Source: Trichoplax adhaerens
Taxonomy: Eukaryota > Animalia > Placozoa
Length of the DNA stretch: 64,000 nucleotides
Assembly (NCBI RefSeq): GCF_000150275.1
Contig: NW_002060946.1
Coordinates: 3,057,454-3,121,453 of the forward strand
Direction: 5' to 3'
Shown: positions 37,901-51,068 of the stretch, one piece after another
How positions within the stretch are numbered: the stretch's first letter is position 1
How the letters are laid out: each line of letters opens with the position of its first letter
Program-made: the position numbers and the translations under genes
The notes under the pieces: model-generated
What the model was told of the DNA's origin: nothing
The model's input: only the letters and a program-made list of their open reading frames with translations
The model's database searches: none

Positions 37901-39457
37901 CAACTTACAGTGTAGAATAAAGTAAAAAAAATAGTAATAAAGTACCTTACTGCATGTACAGTAGTTTGATAAAAGCATATGTACTGTACAGTAGCAGTTA
38001 ACCGTAAATGTCTGTACAATGCAGCGATATTGACTATGCTGTACCATGCACTACTGGAAATAATCAGTAAATTTCGAGTAGTCCATATTGAACTTGCATC
38101 AATGAATCAGTAAACAATATACGGTATGATAATGACAGGCAAGCAAGCCTGGCTGGCTGATCCAGAGCGTTAGTGAGTGTCAAAGATCACAGTTTACGGC
38201 GTAGAATAAAGTACTGCATTTTTTTTCCACTTTGGGCACTGCACTGACTGTCGAAGAGAACGAAATCATTTACGAATATACAGTACATAGCTGAATACCT
38301 GCCAAGCATGTGGCCATCGGCAGATATATGACTAGCCATCAATTTCAGATGCCTTTGTTTCAGTGATATTATTTCTGTATATAGAAATACACAATCTGGA
38401 AGTGTGCCTACCATGAATACAGGTTGATGTTTTTAGGATGATGTGCAGTTTAGAATTTTGAGAAAAATGCTGTAAATTTGCCATCATTTAATCCTATTAT
38501 AAATCTCTGTTGGTGCTCGATGACGTCTTATATTGTATTGTACTGAACAATTATACATAGTACGGCGATATTATACACCAGCAACAGTATGGAATGTAGT
38601 TCGAAACTTGCAATGACTTACTGATGAGATGCTTGCCATGTTATTTGTAGTTAAATGTCCGATCTGTTCAAAAAAGTTAAATCGAGACGACATGCAGGAG
38701 CATTTGGCGAATTGTCTTTCAAAACCTCGACTTACGTATAATGGTAAGATAAGAGTTTGATTAGTTGTTTAAAGAGACACACTACAGTATTATACTAAAA
38801 CTGAAACTTGGTCACGCCAGAACTAACTGATTGAAGTTTATTCTGATAAATTTATTCTACAGTTTTCATGCTGTTTAGAAAGATCATCCAGTTGATATAT
38901 TGCATTTCTATAATTTTAGCTTCAAATTGTGTAATTGATGTCGATTACTTGGAATTACAGCTAACCGTATGAATTTACGATTTTCATTGCAGAGGATAGA
39001 CTTCAATCAGATAGCGGTGAATGTGTAATATGTTTCGAAGAATTAGTAGCGGGTACAAAATAAAATAAAATAGATGTTTCATATGTTCCTTATCGTAATA
39101 AAGCTCTGAGTTTCTTTCTCAGGACTAACTTATATTATGTTGCTTTGCCATTATTTTGACAAAATAATTTTATATAATGCAATACCTTGCTAGGTGAAGT
39201 AATTGCTAGACTGCCTTGCCTTTGCGTGTATCATAAAGCGTAAGCACATTTAAATTGAATGGCATAAGATATAGAACGCATATTGGATAGTAGTATATCA
39301 AAATACTGAAAATTAGTATCAGCATTACTCGACTATCTTTAATATATTATCGTATACTTTTAGGTGTATTGATAAATGGTTTGAAGTAAATCGTGTTTGT
39401 CCTGAACATCCGGACTTTAAATATGAGGATTATCAGGAAAACCTGAATATGAATTAA
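34932..39457 (+). CDS. ZNRF1: E3 ubiquitin ligase ZNRF1/ZNRF2 family (N-myristoylation signal, UBZ finger, RING-H2), 6 exons
   Basis: MGAKLS start; AYSLP exon at ~36027; KCPICSKKLNRDDMQEHLANCLSKPRLTYN|EDRLQSDSGECVICFEELVAG|EVIARLPCLCVYHKA|CIDKWFEVNRVCPEHPD. ZNRF1 versus ZNRF2 is unresolved. Confidence 0.93.
36976..38215. repeat. Four tandem ~290-325-bp units in ZNRF intron 2, each with a strong hairpin
   Basis: Marker GTCAAAGA at 37251, 37566, 37890 and 38179; hairpin GGACTACTCGAAAT-N9-ATTTCGAGTAGTCC (37119-37155) is repeated in each unit. Confidence 0.92.
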
Positions 39458-41026
39458 CGCATTAGTAGTAATGCCCTTGCGTAATATGAGGTAGGAAATT
39501 GCATAACGTTATCAACAGCATCAGTCAATACTATGCATTTATGATAGTTCCATTTAGCATGTGAAAACTGTTAAGATTAATATACTACTTACTGTAGTCT
39601 TACATCACTTCGAATCACGGTACATTTCTTATGACATGCTCTAGCATAGTTTCGTTTTGATTAGATGGAAGATGACCGCTACTTAACTTCAACGATCTAT
39701 TCTTTTCTAGGAATTGACGTCATGCAGAGCTCAAGAAGTATTTATGTGTTATCATGAAGATAGCATAAATGATCTTACGAATCTGTATCAAATGTATTGT
39801 ATCCATAGGTCTCTGTTTGATATTCTGAACTTCTTTTTAAGAGTGTTTTGCTTTAACTATTAAGAAATGATTATATATGTTCGTACAGTTCAAGTTTATC
39901 TTCGGTATTCATAACCAAAGTTTACGAATTTGTCGAATTATTGCCTTAAATAGTGTTACATACTGACAATGTACATTAGATCTGTTGCGATATTTCGCTG
40001 CATGTTTCAACTGGGGCTTGAGTTATACTAACTAGCTGTACGATGTAATGTTATAGTGGTTTTGTGAGCCGTCCAGTGTTAACTTTCTTTCGATCTTGCT
40101 AAAGCTAGCTGTAGTGAATGCAATTGGACGATATAATGGATTAATTGCTGTACTCCTATAGTCTAGATGTTGTACTGTAAGTTTTTTTAACCAAACAGAT
40201 TCTTTTGTGAACTCTTACAAATAACTTTCAGATGATTATAATAGTGTATAACTGTATCTATAAGAATGTAATCAGCATGATTGACTTTCGAATTTTATGA
40301 TATGTATGATGTTATAGCTGTAATACTAAAAACGCAGTATTTAGAGTACGGTATGAAATACAGTACTGAGTACATGTTATAAATGAATATACATATGCAT
40401 GTATATATATATATATATAATATACGATATGCGTCTATTAAATATTTCACGATTTAAGTATAGATATTTTACCGTTATTGTATAATAATTTAACGTCTAT
40501 AGTGTTTGTACTGTACAGCGCAATAACTCGGACTAGCTTACTACTCGATTACTATCCTGGCTGCGACTGTCCACAAACCACCTCTATAAATAAATAAGAA
40601 TAGTCTATAAATGGATATACAGCTTATCATACGTATTACCAAAATTGGTCACTCCAGGTCAGGAAAGAATGAAGGCCGTTAAAATGAAGTATTTTATATT
40701 TTTTCCCTGTCTAAATTTCCAAATAAAAGGATATTGTCTAGCAAAATGTTGTCTAAAGATTAGTTAGGAAGTTGTAAGAAGATTCTCACCTTTAAGCATT
40801 GAATATGAACTGAATAGAAAGGTGCTGGATTATGTCGGCGATTGCATGCATGTATAGTGAGTAGATAGTTAACTTGCTCTAACTGGAAACCCGGCTTTAC
40901 GCCTGGTTGGGAGTTGAAAATGTTCGCAGAACAGTATCTACGTTTTATAGTAACTGTATACCACATTTGGACTACTTTTTTCAAGTCCAATGTAGACTGC
41001 ACTAAATGGAATGAACCTGCTGTATT

Positions 41027-41170
41027 CATGATACTGATACTGATATCAGTAATATCAGTATCGGTAAGACACTATCCAAAAAATTTGAATCTACTGATAT
41101 TAAACCTATCTTCAGTGCAGTATCAGCATAGCTGATACCTTGTAATCAGCATCAGTATCGGTAAAATACC
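41027..41170. mobile_element. Possible degenerate non-autonomous DNA transposon (GATACT/AGTATCGG short direct and inverted motifs)
   Basis: GATACTGATACTGATATCAGTAATATCAGTATCGGT and a second ATCAGTATCGGTAA at ~41151; resembles the subterminal motif arrays of hAT-type MITEs. No TSD established. Confidence 0.3.
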
Positions 41171-41630
41171 TTAAATAACGCATATCAGCCTTCTATAGGT
41201 ATAGTGCAGTACAGTATAGTTTGTATGTACTCAGTAAAACTCAGAATGGTCTTGAAAAAACTGTGCCTACTCTTATTTGATGAGAGATTTACTGCTCTCT
41301 ATTTCTGCGGCTCTAGCCCCACGATAATAAGAACTACTGCAGTAGAGACATGGACAATATTGGTCATCTAGATCTTGTACCTCGTAAATCTGCAAGTCCA
41401 GGCCTTGAGACTTTATTGTACAGTACAATGTGGTCGTCTGTACAGTGCAGTGTACTGTAGTTTACAGTACAGTACACTAGAATGGAAAACCTACAATACT
41501 GTACTGTAAGTCTAGACACGATTGATAGCTTTTCGGAGAAACTCTTCCTCACCAAGCATGACTATTTCGACAATTTACAGGTAGGAAAGTATGAATTTCT
41601 TGATGATAGCAGAGAGTAGCGATACCGTAC

Positions 41631-41808
41631 ATCCCTGAAGTGTTATTAAGTTTCTCATTGAAATGGTAACAGTATTTGTATTAGAGGTTGAATTGTATTT
41701 ATTATTGTTGCTTAAAGTAAATCCCTGAAGTGTTATTAAGTTTCTCATTTAAATGGTGACAGTACTGGTATTGGAGGTTGAATTGATTTATTATTGTTGC
41801 TTAAAGTA
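41631..41808. repeat. 90-bp direct duplication
   Basis: ATCCCTGAAGTGTTATTAAGTTTCTCATT...GCTTAAAGTA at 41631 and 41721. Confidence 0.9.
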
Positions 41809-42547
41809 TTTTAATAACAGACTTCTCATGCAATAAATTGAATTGAATCAGGTAGAGGATCGAATACTCTTTATGTACTGACTTGCGTTCATGCCGTTTT
41901 AGTCACATTTTTTGAAGTATCAAGAGCGGCATTATGACTAGTAGCTTCATTTCATGATTACACATGAGTTCTCTTTGGATCAATTTCATTCGGTTGATGA
42001 TTAAGAAAGGACACAAAGTACTGCGATAGAATGATTGTTGACTGATATCATGATTGCTTTTTCACTATCATCAAAAGCTAATAATACAGTGCAAATAAAT
42101 CAACCAAGTTACTGTCCGCTTGAAATGATTAAATATAAATGTTATTTAAACTATACATGTAAACTAGACAATAACGATATTGTAAGCTGTAATAAGCTAG
42201 TCCACAAGTACATACAGTACAAGCAAAAATCGAACTGGCGTCATGCCGGTCTAATGCCAACGTGTACGCGTATAATAGAAACTTGAAGCAATGCCTTGGT
42301 TATTCGCTGGCGAGTCAACTAACCTATTCGTTTTTAACTGTTCTGTATTCAAATAAATCAGATATCTGGTCTAAGACGCAAATTTGGGGCACTAGTTCAA
42401 TGTTAATGGATTCTGTACCATTTATTCTTGTCTGGTATTGTCCATGTCGCTGAATCACAGTATCAACCTTATTAAACTGTCCGTTCAATAATGTAAAATT
42501 AATTTTGGTGGAGAAGAAATTGACAGTCGTGAAACCTGGATAAGAAA

Positions 42548-45039
42548 ATGACTGAGAACGTAAACTCAAATACTAAGGCAAAACGAGCTGACAATTATTA
42601 TAAGCAAAGCGAGATGCGAGACAATATTGTTACACCGGTTCAAAACAAGTTCCAACCACCAGACTATGTTGTTGATCGCCATTCTGAGGATAGCAGCTTA
42701 GGGTCAATGGCTAATCATCTCGCTACTTTTCAAGATGAGCAAAGCAAAACTACAATCGAAAATAGCGGAGATAACGCAAGAAATAATAGGCAAAAGACTG
42801 TACCATCTAGAGCTCAGCAAATGGAATTGACAATGAAATGGTGGAATGACGCTAGCACGGATTGGCGAGAAAAATGGGGTAAAGCAAAGGCAGAGCGTGA
42901 TAGAGCGCGAGAGCAAGTTAAAGCTCTTCGAAATAAGCTTGAAGCTGCTAGAAGAGACTACTCTAGATTAAAGGCAGAACATGACCGATGCCTAACGCAA
43001 ATGACTTCATCTCAAGATAAAGCTTTATCCCAAATAATAGCCTCTCCGGATGGATTACCAACTGAAGGAATAAATACTATTGATCAAAAGGTTCAGGTAG
43101 TACCGACAAGAATTATTGATTCATATGTGAATATTTTAGCATTAATTAGATTAGACCTCAGCAATGCAGTTTGCCTGCTAAAATACTGCAATCTAATAAT
43201 GGCTACTTCTAAAATTTTTCATACGGCTAGGAAAATCAGCAATTAAAAAGCGAACTTGAAAACGCGATGCGTACTATTAAGAATTTACAGGCCAAATTAG
43301 CTACTTCAAATACGTAAGTATTTAATGCTAATTACTACTACCTTGAATTAGTCCATAGAAAATTTACCATCAATACATTCTGTCTGACACACCTTTCAAA
43401 GAAATAGAAATGAACCATCAAATAATGACACGGAGACTCTTAAAAAAAAAATAGCTGAACTTGAGCAAGAATGTGATGAATGTAAAAGAGAGGTAAAAAT
43501 GTTGATTTATCACCATTTAAATGATATCGAAATAGTAACGTCTTCAAAAATTACTGCTAGTAATAGCAATTCTAATATAAATAATTTCTAGTGTTAATTT
43601 AAATATTACATTATTAAGTCATCTGTAAATACACTATTGTGTTGCAGCTGAAGGAATATAAAATGAATAGAAAGGATCAAATTGATAAGTACGTTAAAGA
43701 TTTGGAAGATGCACAATTGACTGCGTTAGCTATCGAAACAAAGTTAAAAGAAACAACGGCTGAAGTTCGTAATTGTCTAATTTAATAGTTTTCCTTGCTT
43801 TAAGGTTGATGATTGAATGTAATCTTATATTCTAAGTTAACTTTCGAATTTTTAAATATTTCATCAGTTAAACAAATTAAAAGTAGATAGTCATTCGGAT
43901 TCTATCATAATAAAACGTTTGGAAACTGAAAAGATGTCTCTTCTGCAAGAAAATAAGTCGCTCTTAGAAAAAATAGAGGTACTTATTAAAAATGATACAA
44001 AATTCTATCGGAAAGACGTTTCTTACAAAGTCTTACAAGATATTAATTGAATTTAGTCATGATTTAGCAGTAACTTAACTGATATTTATAATATAGACCT
44101 TCCAATTGCAACTCAATGGAAATGTTAATCAATCTGTCGGATTATCTGCAAATCCTGATAGGAAGGTATTGAAACCGTCTGTAAATAGGTCGAATGAGGT
44201 ACAAAAATAATGAAATTAATTATGCGATAGTGGTTCTACAATACCTATGTGGTTCATATAATATGCATATCAGTCTCTTTGTAGATTTTAGCTAATTCTT
44301 CGCAACAAAATTTAGCCAATAGTAAAACAGCAAATACACCACGATGAATGGATACCATCGCGAGTGAATGATTTAAATGTACGTTAAAAGGCCTTTATAA
44401 AAATATGTAATATTGGTAGTTGATTGAGTAATCAATACACACTTACGCCTACTTGTAGTGGCATAATTAAGATAACTTTGATACTGTATTGCTTAGTTCT
44501 AACTTCAGAATACACTTTATTATAGTTCCAACTTGGACTGAGTGATGAAAAATGGAGGAAAGAAGAATCTACTAGACGTCATCAACCGAACGAGCTAACG
44601 AAGAAGTCGTTCGATTCGAAATTATATCGGTTGGTTAGGAAATAAAATTAATATATTTTCTCATTGCAATGAAATAGATTATTTCTGTCTGCATCATTGA
44701 TGCCATTACATCCTAGTGATATATTCACATAACAACACTGATATAGTTATGGTATTTATCTAACATGACAACGATTTTTTAATGGCTTAAAATTCAACCC
44801 TAATTTATGGTCTAATTAGGGGAAAACATGATAACCATGGTAATGCACAGCAAGATTATAAGTCTAATCGAATGGAACTCCAAGGTGAAAGAAAACGTAG
44901 TGATGATGTAAGAATAGCTGGATCCAATATCATGGGTCATGGTAAAGATATAAATTCATCTAAGAACCTAGAAAGTAGCCTTCAAGAAATGAATTTTGAA
45001 GACGATTACTATGAAGATATAGATATGATTACGGTCTAG
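42548..45039 (+). CDS. CCDC102A: Coiled-coil domain-containing protein 102-like, about 9 coding exons
   Basis: RAQQMELTMKWWNDASTDWREKWGKAKAERDRARE matches the CCDC102A/B signature ([31 protein letters not shown]). Downstream coiled-coil exons splice in frame to a TAG at 45037-45039. The C-terminal exon chain is less certain. Confidence 0.8.
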
Positions 45040-48000
45040 TTGATTATCGTATTTAAACCGTATTAGTATTTATAAACGAAAATGCACAAGTGATATAAAT
45101 TGAGGAAAAGATGTGATGGAAAAACTATGATACGAATTGATAGATATTTTTGTATAAGGTTAATACCTATATTAAAACACACATATATTACGTAATTAGT
45201 AATTTGTTCCAGGAATGGATTTTATGATCATATAAATAAGATTATTATTATGCATTTTATAGTGGTAATTTAGATTTATAGAAAAACATACTCGATCGAA
45301 GCATATTATTCAAATTATCCAATGTTAGTCTATTTACGGTAATTTATTTATATACTATTTTGATTACCGTAAATGAATATATTGAATTGTATTATAATCA
45401 AACTTGGCTTCCTTGAGTTCTTAGCCATAAACCATTGCTTTTATCTCGTTGTTGGCCCGGATACCATTAAAGTACATTTAATATCAACATTTTATTCGAT
45501 GCATGGGCTTTGATGAGTAACCAGTAATTACAATATTAACTGCAATGGTATTATATGATATTATTTAAAAATAATTATTTATATTGTATGCGTATGTTAC
45601 ATCTGTCTTGATTGTATGAAATAACCTATAGCGAAGATATATTTAAATAACAATTAAAAAATTCATTTCGTTCTATACAGATTCAAAAATTGTTGCTGTC
45701 AACGTGTTCTCATTTAATAACAATTGAAATATGTAGCGCAATTATACATATTAATAGTACAAGTCTCCGTGTAATGACCGAGTAATAGACTCCTGTTATT
45801 ACTATTGGTTCATCTAGGTAACCCCAAATTTTTGGTTATCAGATATGGCCTTGTCACGTTCTGTAATAGTTACATAATTAGTATGTTATCTTCTTTCTAT
45901 ATATGGTTAAATATCACGATGTTATCACGTCAGGCGTATATAGATGTAGTTATGGTACTATATTAAGGTTATCTATATATGTATTCTCATGTTGCCATAC
46001 TTGGCATGATAGTCTATTTGTAATGTCTAAACTAGGGAAACCTTTCTGTTAGTGATGATCTTGTGATCTACGTCAGTAGATCAAAGGTCACAATAAAGAA
46101 AGTATATAAACTCTTCATTTTAAAAATAAAGTTAGTTCTTCAACTTAATTACTGGGTCTCCTTGCTGAGTGCAGATCTAGTACTTGTTACAAAATTTGGA
46201 AGTTGTAACAGGCCTTAACTGGAGGATCCCAGTCTTATACTAGAAACAGTACGAGTGCGACGTCTCATCCTATTAGCCACTTACTGTACTACTACAATTA
46301 GCTGAAATTATTACACTCTGATTCTGGTTTCGAAGACGAAGGCTTAATAAATATAATTTCTGCTAGCGAATGGTTAACTTATTACCTACAATAGCTTCTA
46401 CATTCTCAGTACATAGTAGTATGCATCAATTCTTAAAGATATTATTATACTTTAACAGTTACAATTGAAACCTTTTACATCACCATTAATGAAATGCCAG
46501 TCAACGATTATAGCCAGATGTTCTATTAACTTAATAATTATTCTTATTTTCCATACTAAAGATGACTGAAAGTATCTATAATAGATCACAAAGTAATTAT
46601 CGTCAAAGTCTATAATTATCACCAAACTAATAATTGATTAGATTTCTCGAAAGAAATAATTAGAATTAGTGATTAAACATTGACTTTACTTCAATCATTG
46701 TATAATGGCGCCGTACTCTAAAAAATTTTTAACTAAAAAAATGAACTAGTCTACGAAGATAGGAAATTGTCCATTAAATATTTCTGCATTTCGAGTCAGC
46801 TGAAAATATAAACAGTTATTTAAAATTCAGTATGCAACTTGTAACTTCACTCAGGCCTTAATATCTCTTGAAGACTGTGTAAAATACTTATATCAATATC
46901 TGAAATTGATTATTCTCTGATAACATACAGATTCATAGATTAAATCGATTACTAAGTATACTATTCTATACGCTGGTGTTGGTATAAAACTAGAGTGAAG
47001 CAGTTTTCAGGTCTGATGAACTACTGCAACTTATAATTGCTTTATTCCATTTTTGCTGGATTAACTCGTTTAAATCTATGAGAAGACATTAAAATTTGAT
47101 GCTTTAACAATATATGATTTGCCTAGCGCAAAGATTCTCGATATAAATCACGTAGGTACCTTTAATATGTACGGTAGTTATGAATTTAGATCTGTCATCA
47201 ATAACGAAATTAAAAATAGATAGCGAACTGTTTTGCTATCTCAACCGATCAAAGCAGTTAAATAATAACTTAATAGTCAATTTGATATAGTCAGAATGAT
47301 CAGTTGCTAAAAATATTAATTTAATGTATCATCAAAATCTCAGTCAATCAGCCGAGTATAAAGCACTTCGACAGACGGTAAGCTGATCAACTATAGCAAA
47401 TGACTTAATTTTTTGATTATAGATATGTTAGCCATTTACTTCTATACTCATATCAAATCAGATCATATTGCCGTACTCGTTTAATATCATATATTCTACA
47501 TTTTTAAATTGACTAGAACAAGGTTTAAGATTACTCCGTATTTATTATGTGTAACATTAGGATTTTAATAATAAGCTGTCAAGAAGTCGACATTATAAAC
47601 TGAATATATTCAAGCTGCATAAAATACTAAAATACTGTCTTATGTTGCAATCATACTATCAATGCTAATCTCAGTTAGCGCCAATTCTGTTTAATTTATC
47701 AATCTAATATTATATGATAATGCACCTATTATTAAGGCCTTCATTTGAAGTCCATTTCAATTTATTTCAATACAATGCAGGGATAAAAAGGATATAAATA
47801 AAAAGGGTATAGATAAACAGTAAGGACCAACTTGTCAATACTAGACATTTTTTAAATTATCTGCTTTTACTATATTACTCGTACAGTTTAGTTCCTCTAC
47901 TAGCTTAAAATTTTGATTGCAATACTTTTTTATAAAGCAGTTGGTAATTAAATTAATCTCAATTAAATTTACGAATTTTTACAAATTTTTTATTCAAGTT

Positions 48001-51000
48001 TAGCTACTCCGCCATTTTCGTACTTATTTTTATAGAGCTCTTAAAACAGTCAACACAGTAAAATTGTTTGTAGTTAAACTTAGAATAGACTATAAAAAAT
48101 CAGTAGCATAATAGTTACTTATGATAGAGTAAAGTTGGAATATAATTTTGGTGAATGATATTACAGTACCATTCATGCGTGGAAAAGCGTCAAAATTTTG
48201 GATTATGCAACTATATATTCGTATTGAGTACTTTAAAACTATTCTTTGCCTTCACTATCACTCGTTGTTAAATTAATTACTGTTTTTGGCTTTCAAGTAT
48301 CGATGACGACATATTTTATTAGTTTAATTTCAAAGTTCAAATTAGAGCAATGATCATAAAAGCAATCTAATTAGCAGTTTAAGAATAACTATTTACTTCT
48401 TTTCCCCTATGTTTAAATAGCTACTATATGGTTTATTCTACTATCGTAAATATTGTTACTATAGCCTGAAATAGTGTTGCCAGTACAATTTTATTTACCA
48501 ATTTCCTTAATCAGTACTAGTTTATGAAAGAAGATTGTGTTACGTCATACAGTAGCTAATATATCAATACAGCAATAAGTAACTCAACTTCAGCAATAAA
48601 AACTACTTTACTTTTATTTACTTACTAATTACAAACCACTGGAGGTTGTCGATATCATCAACTTATCTCACATTATTCTTGAGTACGAAAGCATTCCTAT
48701 CCCTAACAATTCAAAGGCCTATGGCAGTACGAGATGCTTCATTTCGAGGTTTATTTGTTAGTCATAAATGTTAACATATTCTTTACTCTACCTATTTTTT
48801 GGTATCCATTAACGCATAGGAGAGAGCATTCTATTTTTCAATCAATTATATTTTATTTAGCGCTATAATCAAGACCAGTATAGTGGAGACAGGCAAACTC
48901 TATAAGTTTGAAAAGAAGAATTAATATCAATGATTTATCAATAACGTGACATATTACTGATAATCTCCTTGTTTTGTTACTCTATAGAGCTTGTGAATGT
49001 GCACATAAAAATGACTTTAGCGTGACTTCCCCAAAATAAGATTTGCAAATTGAATCGCTCTTTGTTAATTTAATGTTTAAGGATTTGAGATATTCATGCC
49101 ATAGGCTAGAAAAACTTAAACTACGCGTAAATATTGTGTACTTCTAGTCAAGCTCGAATACATTACCATATTAAATTAAACGGTCCCATAAGTTTAAGTA
49201 AGAGTGAATTCGAATAAAGACTATTTCTAACTTATGGAGAACGATGACATATTTGCAATGGAACCTTGAGAAAAATTAAACTGAAACACTTTATTTTCTA
49301 ATTAAGATTGGATGCTTTATATAAACTTAGTATAAATGATACTTGCTTAATATTAAAAAAAATGGCATATATTCTAAATTTGAATATCAAGTGTTTGACA
49401 TTAAATGTAAATATGTGTTTAGTAATTAGCACATGCGAATACTTCTATCTATGAAAAGTATTTACAAATTTCATTATTAAATAGTTTTACTTATTACTGC
49501 TATAAGTAAGCACATTTTTGCTTGCAATTAAGCTATTTACTTTTTCACTTTACTTCTCTATCAATATGCTAGGTTGCCAAGGAAATATCTTATTTCTACT
49601 TCATTTTGGTCAATTAGCTATTCAAGATGTTGATATTACGTATCTTGTGTTAAAAATCTTGTGCATTCAAACTCTATAATAATTGTTAGCACATAATAAT
49701 CCTACTCAATCTCATCTAAAATAACTACTTTATGAAATATTTAATTGTATTATACTTAGTTATGATTGTCCAAAATGAAAATTGTGTCAATACTTAAATT
49801 TATCCTTATACTCTACAATTTTTAAAATCGTATTCTGAAATAGAAGCGACTGAGTTTAAAATTATGAACTAGGAACATACTCCGATTATTATTATAAAAT
49901 TCGATATTAAAAATTAACGAAGTATTTTATTTTATGAAAAAAGGAACTGAAATATTAATTTGATACTTTTTCTGATATATCTATATCATCAATAACTCAT
50001 TAATAATTTAGTTGGATGAGAATACTAAATATCTAGCCTGCTATTTTTCTATCTTTGAAGTCTACTATTCTATTATTAAGACTATAAATAGTTGATGATA
50101 ATCAGTTGCATTAGTGCCTGTTGGGGTATTACGTAAGGAGCTAATGAAATGAAAAGGCCGCAAATACTATCATTATTTGTTTGATACTTAGTAGAAGTTA
50201 GCGAGAAATACTCATGTAGACAGAAAAAATCTTTATTCTAACTCCAAATAATGATATTACAACAAGTAGAGAATTGTAAAAATTATGTTTTGCTACCCAT
50301 CATTAAATTTTAATCTATATCCTGAATATATAAAATTGTTAAATCAAGAGAATATATGTTTTTGTATCTAGTATACGTTTACTGTATTAATTATCAAAGT
50401 AGTTTTAAGGGAAGTCCAGATGAATTTAAACTATTGCCTTTCTTCTATTCTATTATAATATTACAGGGAAATATCGGAGATAAAATACGGAATAGAACAC
50501 AAGGTTATCATCAATATAAGATTGATACATCTTCCGTCTCCAGCATTATACGCAGAATTATAAGAGTCATCTTTGCATTATACGTATGCGATAGAAAACA
50601 TTTTCTATTTAATCATTTGGGGTATTTCAATTTTACCATTGAAAGATAATTACAATAGCTGACAAATTTGATCATATTTGTATAAGTTATTGTATAGTCT
50701 CATTTACATTTCGCATATGACAATATTAAATATTATTATAGCCATAACTCTGTAATTCTATTCTTGATGTTGGCTCTATAACCTTACACTGAAAAACCAT
50801 TCTAGATTTATTATTGTCTTCTTGATTGCTAATTTACTATTCTATAGCTATTAGGAGACATACAATATATTAGGGAGTGGTTCAGACTTAATACTACTGT
50901 TCTTGGCTTAATCATCATTATTTTGATAGCTTAAGTAAAAAGCCAAATTGCCATATACTTAGCTTTCAAGCTCAGAATTACGATACTTTAGTAAAATCGC

Positions 51001-51068
51001 TTGAATATAATATTCGATTAAAATAGTAGGCTTACCTTCACGGTCCTTCAATAGATTAAGAGTAGAAT

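Noticed and set aside
35573-38414. Cys/Tyr/Thr/Val-rich ORFs in the ORF track (e.g. 37252-37557, 37567-37857)
   Set aside because: They are translations of TACAGTA-rich intronic repeats inside ZNRF introns, not plausible proteins.
45815-45840. TAACCCCAA as a telomerase RNA template
   Set aside because: It does not match a TTAGGG template and is paired in a local hairpin; no P6.1-like element in the right position.
50356-50649. 97-aa ORF upstream of the GPCR, and other 60-110-aa AT-rich ORFs in intergenic or intronic DNA
   Set aside because: Low-complexity I/Y/F/N composition, no motifs or splice support; expected by chance.
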